From Patescibacteria group bacterium (GTDB lineage: Bacteria; Patescibacteriota; Patescibacteriia; SG8-24; DYFX01), in assembly GCA_030583805.1 (NCBI GenBank), contig CP129476.1:902657-966656 (forward strand): a stretch of DNA of 64,000 bases. Reading direction: 5' to 3'. A program made the translations under genes and the position numbers. Below are positions 38,213 to 48,000 of this stretch, in pieces (the stretch's first letter is position 1; each line of letters starts with the position of its first letter). The notes beneath the pieces are model-generated. The model did not search any database. It was not told the origin of the DNA and was given only the letters and a program-made list of their open reading frames with translations.

Positions 38213-40656
38213 TCGCGATTGACGAGCACCATGCCGACGAAGACGTCCTGGTCGAGCGGCGCTTTGAGTTCCAGTCTACCCGGTTCGACGTTCGCCTCTT
38301 CGGGAACGCTCGTGCGGATCGACCATCCTTTGGGAGCGAGCGTGCGGCTTTCGAGCGTACGACGCGACGTGCCCGCTTGCTTCTGCACGATGAGTTTCAA
38401 TTCCGCAGTCGGGACATAGGCGCCCACCGCGTCCTTTGCCCGTTCGACCCAAGACGCGGGAGCGCGTGTCAGATCGGCGAGGCGGAAGGGGAGGCGATAG
38501 CTCAGCTTCACGGTTTTCGTTTCTCCCGGCTCGAGCTGGACCCAGTTGCCGAAGACGGTGAGTTCCGATTCGTCGTGGATCGTCGTGCCGGAGGCTTCGT
38601 CGATCGTCGTCGGTCCTTCGACGGCGGCGAGCAGCGTCGAGGGCTGCAGCGTCGTGTCTTGGGGGAGGAAGTAGCCCTCGGCGGGAGCTTGAAACCCCTC
38701 GGCCGAGAGCAAGGTGCTGCCCTTCGGCACGTAGACGCGCATGTAGTCGATATTCTTGATGCCGGTAAAGAGCTCTCCGGGCTTTCCGCGGTGCGCGCGC
38801 GTCACGGTGACCGTATCGATGATGCTGCCGTCTTCCTCGAAGCGCGTTTCATGGCGGATGAACTCATCGATCACGCCGTCCGTTTTTCCTCCGGCGATGT
38901 TGGTGTCGATGACGGCGAGGTAGTCGGCGTCCGCCGTCGGACGGAGCGCTCCGGTCCATCCGAAGTCGTCGGCGGCTCGCTGCGTGCTCTCGTCGCTGAA
39001 ATAGACTTGGACGTCTTTGGAAGAGAGCGCTTTGCCGAAGGCGCTGGCAAGTTTCGGCAAGTCGCTCGACCCGCCGTCAACGAGCTTCTTCAGCAGCTTC
39101 GGCGCCATGTCGCTGATGATCTGCTTCGGCCGGTTCGTTTCGCGATCGTATTCGATCTCGACGGCCTTTTGCGTTTCAAGCATGAAGTTGTCGGCGGTAA
39201 TCGTCTTGCCGTATTCCGGCATTTCAATCGGACCGACGGCGCGCAAGAGCTCCTGCATCACGTTCGAGGTGACGGCGATCACGCCGTCGACCGTCGGACC
39301 GCCGCTCTTTTCGTAGAACCACATGAGCGAGCGAGCTGAAGTGGGGAAGTCCGGGAACCAGTTGGCGTCCTGGAATTCCCAGCGCGGGTTCACGAGTCGG
39401 AGCTGCTCCGGCGCTTTGATGCGGCGATTGAATCCGCCGCGCAAGTCGTAGGAACCGCCGGCGGGAATTTCAATTTTCTCGATTTCACCGTCTTTCAAAT
39501 CCATGAGCGCGAAAGAGCCGATGAAGCCTCCGGTCGGTCTCAGTTCGTTGGCGTTTTGGAACACGACGAGGTAGCGGCGCTTGCCGTTCGCGCCGATCGC
39601 GTCGAGCAGCGTCGGGGACGAGGATGAGGCGCGTTTCAAATCGGCGAGAGCCGAGACGACGTCTTCGCGAAGACGCACGAACATCGGGCGATACGCCGAA
39701 GGCACGCTGCGCGCGGAAACGTCGTTCAGGCGCGCGACGCCTTCTTCAAGATGGGGGAGCGCGTTCTCAAGCGCTTTCGTCATGTGCGCGAGTTTCACCG
39801 CGTTCGTCTCCTGCGACAACTGCATCGCGTCCAAACCGCGCGCAAGCTCCGCGCCTGCCTTGGAGACGGCTTCGCCGGCATCAAGAAGCTTGGTGCCGCT
39901 TGAGAGTTTTTCGCCGTTGCCGCTCAAGAGCGCCGCCATGCGGACGGTCAAATCGTCAACGCGCTCGCGCGTCGAAGCGAATGCTCCGGCCGAACGCGCG
40001 AACGCGTCGGCGGAAGATTCTCCGCCCAGGGCGCTTTCGCCGGCATCTTTCAGGCCGCCGACCGCTTCTTGCGCATCCGCGGCGATGACGCCCGCGCGCT
40101 CCAGCAATCCGGCGTACGACAACAGCGCTTGGAGCGGGAGCGTCACCAAGATGGCGAGCACGGCAAAGGCTGCCACTTGGCGCTTCCACGCGGCGTCGGG
40201 AAAGAAAGAGAAAGCGGGTTTCGTTTTTCGCGATAATTTGATCGTGACCGGCGCCGGCGTCGGGCGCTCAGGCACGACGGGAGCCTGCGGTCGTGCCAAC
40301 GCCTCCGTCGGTTTCGGAACGGGCGGGCGCGGCGTCTTCGGCTTGCGCTTGAAGAGCAGCGCGATCATGGCGAACGGCAGTTTCAAAAAGACGGCCACCG
40401 AGGCGCGCGGCGTTTTCCGGTGCGGCATGAACGGAACCATCGAGCGGTGGCTGTGATCGCGGCGCTTGAAGAGGCGCATCCAGATGCTCAGCTTCTGCCC
40501 GAAATCCAAGTCCGGGCGCGGACCTTGCTGCGCTTGTTTGGAAAAAGCCGAAAGATCGACGATGTGCGGAGACACCGTAGACGAAGGCTGGATCGGCACG
40601 TCTTTATGCCGTCCTTCCTCGCGGTTCATCGATTCGCGCCGCGCTTGCTCGTTCAT
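38209..40656 (-). CDS. DUF4012-domain membrane protein
   Basis: hallmark RYLVVFQNANELRPTGGFIGSFA; TM helix; ATGA overlaps at both ends. Confidence 0.8.
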   Translation of the reverse strand: MNEQARRESMNREEGRHKDVPIQPSSTVSPHIVDLSAFSKQAQQGPRPDLDFGQKLSIWMRLFKRRDHSHRSMVPFMPHRKTPRASVAVFLKLPFAMIALLFKRKPKTPRPPVPKPTEALARPQAPVVPERPTPAPVTIKLSRKTKPAFSFFPDAAWKRQVAAFAVLAILVTLPLQALLSYAGLLERAGVIAADAQEAVGGLKDAGESALGGESSADAFARSAGAFASTRERVDDLTVRMAALLSGNGEKLSSGTKLLDAGEAVSKAGAELARGLDAMQLSQETNAVKLAHMTKALENALPHLEEGVARLNDVSARSVPSAYRPMFVRLREDVVSALADLKRASSSSPTLLDAIGANGKRRYLVVFQNANELRPTGGFIGSFALMDLKDGEIEKIEIPAGGSYDLRGGFNRRIKAPEQLRLVNPRWEFQDANWFPDFPTSARSLMWFYEKSGGPTVDGVIAVTSNVMQELLRAVGPIEMPEYGKTITADNFMLETQKAVEIEYDRETNRPKQIISDMAPKLLKKLVDGGSSDLPKLASAFGKALSSKDVQVYFSDESTQRAADDFGWTGALRPTADADYLAVIDTNIAGGKTDGVIDEFIRHETRFEEDGSIIDTVTVTRAHRGKPGELFTGIKNIDYMRVYVPKGSTLLSAEGFQAPAEGYFLPQDTTLQPSTLLAAVEGPTTIDEASGTTIHDESELTVFGNWVQLEPGETKTVKLSYRLPFRLADLTRAPASWVERAKDAVGAYVPTAELKLIVQKQAGTSRRTLESRTLAPKGWSIRTSVPEEANVEPGRLELKAPLDQDVFVGMVLVNRE

Positions 40657-41783
40657 GACGGGAGGGAAGAAAGATAGGCTTGATAGGTGCGCTCCGCGCA
40701 GTCTTTCCACGTGTATTTTTCCGCTTGGGCACGTCCGCGCTCGGCCAGCGTCGCTCGAAGCGCGTTATCGGCGAAGGATCGCTGCATGGCTTCGGCCATC
40801 GCGTCAGGATTCTCGGGGTCGAAATAGGTCGCGGCGTCGCCGAGCACTTCCGGCAGGCAGGAAGAGTCGGAAGCGGCTACCGGCGTTCCGTAGCGCATCG
40901 CTTCGAGCGGCGGCAGGCCGAAGCCTTCGAGAAGCGAAGGGAACACGTAGACGCGGGCGTTGCGGTAGAGCTCAGCCAATTCGGACTCCGTCGCGTATCC
41001 GTAGAAGACGGCATCGTTCCGTTCAAGCAGTCCAAGCCGCTCGGCCTCTTTTTTCAAACGATCGTAGAAATAGTCCATTTTTCCGACCAAGACGAGCTGG
41101 GCCTCAAGCCCTCCGGCCCGCATACGCTTGAACACGTCGAGTAAACGCTCCAGGTTTTTGTGCGGATACGCGTTGCCGACGTAGAGAAAGTACGGTTTTA
41201 CGATCTTTTTGTTCGTCAGATCGATCTGCGCCCCGCCATTCGCTTGAACGGCGTCGGAAGCCTCGTAGGTGACGGTAATTTTTCGTTCAGGAACCCCGAG
41301 AGACTGCGTGATATCGCGTTTCGTGTACTCCGAGACGGCGATAATCCTTTTGGCGCGCCGCGCGGCGAGTCGGATCGTCAGGTGGTAGGCCGCGTATTTT
41401 AGGCGGTACATCACGGCGTTCAAGGTCGTGGCTCTCCGGGTCGGATACCGGAACAAGATCAGGTCATGGATCGTCACCACGAACGGGCACGGCGTGAGGA
41501 TCGGCACGTTGAAGTGCGGGAAATGCATGAGATCGATCCCTTCTCGCCGGATCAGGGGCGGGAAATGCACCTGTTCCGACAAGGAATACCAAGGAAAATC
41601 GGCCAAAACCTTGCGAAAGCGCGCTGAAGTCGGGTGGTAGAGATCGAAGTTCTCTTTTCGCAAAAACACCACAAATTCATGCTGGCTCTCGATCCGCTCC
41701 AGGTTCTCAATGAGCCTTTCGGTATAGCGGCCGAGTCCTTTGCCAACAGGTCCGAAAAACCGCGCATCAATACCGATTCTCAT
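40653..41783 (-). CDS. glycosyltransferase family 4 (GT-B)
   Basis: 376 aa; Glyco_trans_4 N-domain + C-terminal EX7E-type catalytic pattern (PSLLEGFGLPPLEAMRYGTPVAAS). Confidence 0.85.
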   Translation of the reverse strand: MRIGIDARFFGPVGKGLGRYTERLIENLERIESQHEFVVFLRKENFDLYHPTSARFRKVLADFPWYSLSEQVHFPPLIRREGIDLMHFPHFNVPILTPCPFVVTIHDLILFRYPTRRATTLNAVMYRLKYAAYHLTIRLAARRAKRIIAVSEYTKRDITQSLGVPERKITVTYEASDAVQANGGAQIDLTNKKIVKPYFLYVGNAYPHKNLERLLDVFKRMRAGGLEAQLVLVGKMDYFYDRLKKEAERLGLLERNDAVFYGYATESELAELYRNARVYVFPSLLEGFGLPPLEAMRYGTPVAASDSSCLPEVLGDAATYFDPENPDAMAEAMQRSFADNALRATLAERGRAQAEKYTWKDCAERTYQAYLSSLPS

Positions 41784-41856
41784 GCCCCCACTCTACCATT
41801 TTCCAAGCGCTGAGCGGAAGGTTTTTGCGTTTTTAAGCTTAGAGCGACGTTAAAGC

Positions 41857-41885
41857 TTGATTTTACGGCCAAAAAATGATAAAAT
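41857..41885 (+). promoter_or_regulatory. promoter TTGATT-17-TAAAAT upstream of giant gene
   Basis: 17-nt spacer; in divergent intergenic region. Confidence 0.45.
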
Positions 41886-42049
41886 ACTTGTGTATCCACA
41901 GGGCTTAGCAGGGCTCTGCGGAAAAACAAAAACAAATGGGGGGGAGTCTTTACAATTTTTTGGCTCGAATTAGCGGTTTTGATACCGACCGCCAGGTTGA
42001 TTTCGTGCTCCCTGGCGGTTTTTCGTACAAAAAGACCCTTCTTAAGGCG

Positions 42050-45000
42050 ATGAAAGCCGTTTTCCCCGCGGTTTTCATCGCCTTTTTCCTCATTTCCCCT
42101 GCCTACGCCGCCAACTCCGTCCCCAAGGTCCTGAACTATCAAGCCCGGGTCACCGATTCGGGCGGCGTACCCGTCCCGAACGGGGCTCTGTCCGTCATTT
42201 TCCGCCTGTACGACGGCGACGGCACCTGTCTGTATTCGGCTCGCGGCTCCTGCGGCACCCCGACGGCCAAATCCGTCACGGTGACGAACGGCGTCTTCTC
42301 GACCCAGCTCGGCGAAGCGGGCGACAACGAGATTCCGGACGGTCTCTTCGACAACAACGTCGTGACTCTCGGCATTACGATCGGCGCGGACGCCGAAATG
42401 ACCCCTCGGAAGCGTCTCACCGCCGCCGCCTATGCCCTGAACGCCGACCGCCTCGATGATCTCGACGTCACCTCTTCCGGTTCCACGACCGCCTACATCC
42501 CGAGTACCACGGCCAACGGCAACCTCGTCATTACGGGCGATCCGCAGGGTACGGGCGTCGGCAACGGCTCCTTCTATATCAACCCCGCCAACGCCGCCGC
42601 TTCGGAGACCCTCTTCGGCATCGCCGACAACGGAGGCGTCCGCTTCCAGATCGACAAGGAAGGCGACATCACGCACACGGGCTCTCTCCTCGCCACCGCC
42701 GCCTCCTCGACGGCGCAGTTCGTGTTCCGGGGTGCGGCGAGCCAGACGAACGGCGTGTTCGGAATCCAAGACGCGAGTCAAAACCGCTTGCTCACTGTTT
42801 CCGCCACGTCGACCTTGATCGGCGCGGACGCTTCCGCATATCGCGTCGGTATCGGCATGGCGAGTCCGACTGCACTGCTGCACCTCGCGGACACGGCGAA
42901 CGCGCAATTGAAACTTCAGAGGATCGGCGCGTCGGCACAGGCTGGCACGCTCAATTTTGGCAACCAGGGCAGTCTCATCGCCAACTCCCGCGCTGCGATC
43001 AACAACTACGTCTTGCGCAACGACGGCGCGCTCCATTTGATTCGCAACCTCATTTTCCAGAGCGTGGATTGGGAACTTGAGGCCAACGGCACGGGCGCGC
43101 TGCTTGAAGTCGGCGAGGAAGGTATTTCTCTCTGGACGGCGCCGTCTTCCACCGCGGGCACGCAGAACCTCGCCATTCTCTTCATGGCGCGCGACGACGG
43201 AGATATTGCTATCCCCGCGAACGTCGGCATCGGCATCGCGTACAGCGACCCGACGGTCAGCGTTCCTTTGTATGTACAAGGTACGACGTCGGAAATCATG
43301 AAGTCGATCCGCAATTCGGCGCTGACGAACGTCGCGACGACGGGTTTGCGTGTCGTGCAAAACTCTTCGAACTCGAGTCTTGCCGACGGCTTCGGCATGG
43401 TCATTCAGTACGCGATCGACAGTCCTTCGATCGCGGAAACGGTCCTGGCTGAAGTCGGCGGTATCCGCTACGGCGCGGACAACTCCGGTGCCATCGTTTT
43501 CAATACATATAACGCCGGTGCTGGCACCGAAAAGGCCCGCATTCTTCCGAACGGCTATTTCGGCATCGGTAACGCCGCGCCCGCGAACAAGCTCACTGTC
43601 GGTTCCGCCACCAGCACGTTCGAAGTCGACTTCAGCGGTAACGTGCGCAAGATCAACAATGTCATCTACAGCTGGCCGGCCTCGCAGGGCGGCGCCTCGA
43701 CGGTGCTGCAAAACGACGGCAACGGCGTTTTGACGTGGGCGTCTTCGAGCGGCGGCAACCTGAACCAGGCATATCTCGCTGCCACCGGTTCTCCGGAAAT
43801 TTCGCTCACGCCCTCGGTCGGCGCGGTTACGATCGCCGACACGCTCTCGGGCACCGGCAACATCTTCGAGATTACGGACCGCACGACGGCGGCCGGAGAC
43901 TTCTCGCGCCGCTATTTCACCGTCAGCTCGACGTCGACCAACCTGGCGTACAACAACCTGTCGAGCGGCACCGCGTTCGGCGTCTCTTCAAGCGCGGCCT
44001 TCTCGGGCAACCTGATGGCGCTCGCCGGCACCGCGAACTTTACGGGAGATCTTCTTGAACTGACGTCGGCGGCTTCGTTCGGCCGCGGCATTTTCATCGA
44101 CTACGACGCCGGCAACAACGACGGCACGATCATCGAAATCATGTCGGACGAAACGAGCGTTTCCGGCACCTCGGCGGACACGCAGAAATTTGCGGTCTCG
44201 GCCGCCGGTTCCATTACCGGCGACGGCAACCTTACGATCGGCGGCTCGACCAACCTGGGCGATTCGACGGGCACCGACACGCTCGTATTCACGAGCGGCG
44301 CCACCACGGGTTCGCTCGCGCTCTTCCAGACCAGCGGCTCGGTCAGCACCGGCAACGTCATTCGCGTCACTTCTACGAACAACACGATGACGACGGGCCG
44401 CATGCTCACGACGGAGCACACGGCGCCGAACGTGGTATCGGCCTTCACCGGATTCATGAACAACTTCGAGGCGACCCGCACCTTCAGCAGCGCCGGCACC
44501 TACGGCGAATCCGGCAGCATCGCCCGCGTCCAGCGGAGTCTGACGAGCAACGGCGGGAGCGTGACGGTCAACGCCTCCGGAGACGTCATGCTGATCAGCT
44601 CGGACGGCACGCAGACGTCCGGCACCTTGAACATCACGGGCAGCGTCCTTGAATTGGCCCAGAACTACGCATCCGCCTCCGGCGCGGCCTTGAATATCGT
44701 GAATGCCGGCACGGGCGCCGACATCGCGCTTCCGGCCACGGCGATCATTGATATCGGCAACGGCGGCACCTTGATCTTCCGCGACGGCACGAACACGCTT
44801 TGTACGATCACGGACGCGGGAACGACGGGAGATTTCAGCTGCTCGGGCACCATTTCAGGCGCGAGCGGTGGCAACCTGAACCAGGCGTATCTCGCGGCCA
44901 CGGGTTCTCCGGAACTCTCGATCACGCCGTCCGTCGGCGCTCTCACGATCGGCGACACCTTCGGCGGCACCGGCAACATCTTCGAGGTGCAGGACCGCAC

Positions 45001-48000
45001 CAACGCCGCCGGCGACTACAGCATCCGCATGTTCAGCGTGAGCGCGACCGGTACGCGGATCGCTTCCGACGTCTTCTTCGCCAGCGGCGGCGGCAACGAC
45101 GCCTCGGTCGCCTTCATCGATGATCCGGACACCGGTTTCGCGAACGGCGGCACCAACCGTATCGACTTCATCACGGCCGGACAGACGAAGATCATTCTGG
45201 AAGACAACTTCACCCTGTTCGGCTCGACCGAACTCATCGTGAACGGCGGCGTCATCGACTTCGGCGCCTCTTCCGGCTTCCTGGCTGCGACGCCGACAAT
45301 CTTGGAAGTCGGCGGCGCGGCCACGACGCTCATCATGGGCGCGAACGGCCCCGGCACGACCCGGATCCGCAACAGCCTGGTCGTGAACGGCGATCCGCAG
45401 GGTACCGGCCTCTCGAACGGCACGGTCTACGTGAACCCCTCGGCCCCGACCGGCAACGAGACGCTCTTCTCGATCGCCAACAACGGCTCCTTGCGCTTCA
45501 AGCTCGATGCCGAAGGCGACATCGACGTCACGGGCAGCATGCTTGCCGTCTCCGCTTCGACGACGAGCCAGTTCCAGCTCCGCGGCTTTGCCGCCCAGTC
45601 CAACAACATCTTCGAAGTCCAGGATTCTTTCACGAACCGCCTCTTCTCGGTTTCTTCGACCTCGACGCGCTACATCAACCGCCTCATCGCCCCGGCGCAT
45701 GCCGTGAACCAGGGTCTCCAGATCCCGACCTTCGCCGGCGTCCCGACGGCGGTGACGGGAACGGCAGAGGGCGATCTGGTCTGGGATTCTACGGGCAACA
45801 GCTTGTATGCGTATAACGGCGCCGCGTTCGCGGCGATCGGCGGTACGACGAACTTGAACCAAGCGTATCTCGTTGCTACGGGCACTGCGGAAATCTCCCT
45901 CACGCCGTCCGTCGGCGCCCTCACGATCGCCGACACGCTCTCGGGCACCGGCAACATCTTCGAGATCCAGAACCGCACGACGGCAGCTGGCGATTACAGC
46001 ACGCGTTACATGACGGTGAGTTCAACCGGAACGACCGTCACGAACCTGACCATCACCGGCATTTGTACGGGTTGCGGCGGCGCGTCTCCGAGCTTGAACC
46101 AGGCGTATCTCGCCGCCACCGGCTCGCCGGAAATCTCCATCACGCCGTCCGTCGGCGCCCTCACGATCGCCGATACCTTCTCGGGCACCGGCAACATCTT
46201 TGAGATTACGAACCGCACTAATCCGGCGGGTGATTACAGTGCGCGCTACTTCACCGTCAGCGGAACGGCAACCTCGATCGCCACCAAAGCCTACTTCTCG
46301 CGCGGTGGAGGCAATGATGCCTCGATCGCCTTCATCGGCGATGAAGATACCGGTCTTTCGAACGGAAACGACAATCGTTTGGACGTGGTGATCGGCGGCG
46401 CGACGACGATGATTATCGACGATAACGTCACGGTTGTTGGTTCTTCTGAATTTACGGTCAACGGAGGCGTCATCAACATCGGCGCATCTTTCGGCCAGCT
46501 CGCATCTTCGCCGACCACGCTTGAACTTGCGCATGCCGCCACCACCCTCACACTCGGCGCGACCACGGGCACGACAACCACTCGCAACAGCCTGGTCGTC
46601 GGCTCCTCCTCGTCGACGCACGTCTTGAACACGACCGGCGCTCGTATCACCGGCAACCTCACGCCGTCCGCCGACAACACTTACAACCTTGGCGACTACA
46701 ATCGTCGCTGGAAGGATTTGTGGCTCTCGGGCGGCTCGGCCCACATCGCCTATAACACGAGCGGCACGACTTCGCTCGACATTGGCTGGGTCAATAGGTT
46801 TGCCCACCCGACCAACAGCCTCCGCGCGCGACTATTCTCGTCCGGACAACCGATCCAGATCACGCCGAACAATGGAGAGACGGCAGGTTTGTATATCGAC
46901 ACGGCTGGCAGGGTGGGTATGGGCACGACGCTGCCCACCATCAAGCTGCACGTCGAAGACAACGTCGCGGACTTCGTCGCGTACTTCGACAACAACGGCA
47001 GCGCCGACACGCGCGTAGGCATCATTATCGAGGGATGTGCCGACAACAACCCGACGTCGAGCTGCGAACTGATCAGCTTCCGCGACGGCGATGGCACCGG
47101 CATCGGCCGCGTTCGCGGAAACGCTTCTGGCGGCGTTACCTACGCCACGACAGGCGCCGGCGACTTCGGCGAACGTCTGCCCGGAGATCCGTGGATCCTG
47201 ACCGACGGTTATCTCGTGGCTGTGGGCGAAGCTGGTGTGGCATTGAAGGCGACGAATAGCGCGAATCTGATCGGTGTCGCGAACGACAACATCGTCTTCG
47301 CCGGCAATGACGACCTCGATCCGGCGACCAGCGTTCCGGTGGCCATGCTCGGTCTTGCCGACGCGTACGTAAACGTTGAAAACGGCGTGATCAAGGCGGG
47401 CGACCTTATTGCGCTCTCTTCGACGCCCGGCGTCGGCATGAAGGCAACCAAGCCCGGCATGGTCGTGGGACGCGCGATGCAGGACTGGAGCGGCCCGGGT
47501 CTCGGCAAAATCCAGGTGCACGTATCTCCGCAGTGGCACTCCGGCCTCTCGATCACGAACGACGGCGCGTCCTCGATCTTCGCCGACGACTTCGCCTTCA
47601 AGCCGCTCGACATCGCCTCGGCGACCGGCACCGCCTTCTCCTCGTATGCACTGAAATTCGGCGGTTCCGTGTGGGACAGCGCTTCGAACACCGCCGTCAC
47701 GCGCAACATCTCGATGCGCAACAATGTCAGTACTCCTGATATCTACCAACTTGAATTCAAGAATACGGTCGGCGGCACGCTCGCCTCGCTGAACCAGGCT
47801 GGCGACCTCGCCTTGGCGGGTTCCCTCACCGTGAACGGCGGCCTCGACTACGCCGAAACGTTCCCGGCGGCTCCGGACCTCGACGCCGGCGACATCGTCA
47901 TGGTCGACGCGGCGAATACCAACGGCTACGGCGTGAAGAAGTCCGACGCCGCCTACGAAAACACCCTCCTCGGCGTCATCTCGACCAAGCCCGGCTTCCT

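Noticed and set aside
41780-43711. 643-aa minus-strand ORF, and similar 600-aa ORF at 46832-48634
   Set aside because: Antisense shadows inside the giant repeat-protein gene; Arg/Gly/Asp-rich with no signals.
43740-46300. Regularly spaced ~230-nt nucleotide repeats
   Set aside because: Not a CRISPR array: repeats are ~75 codons, in frame, imperfect, and lie inside a continuous ORF; no cas genes.
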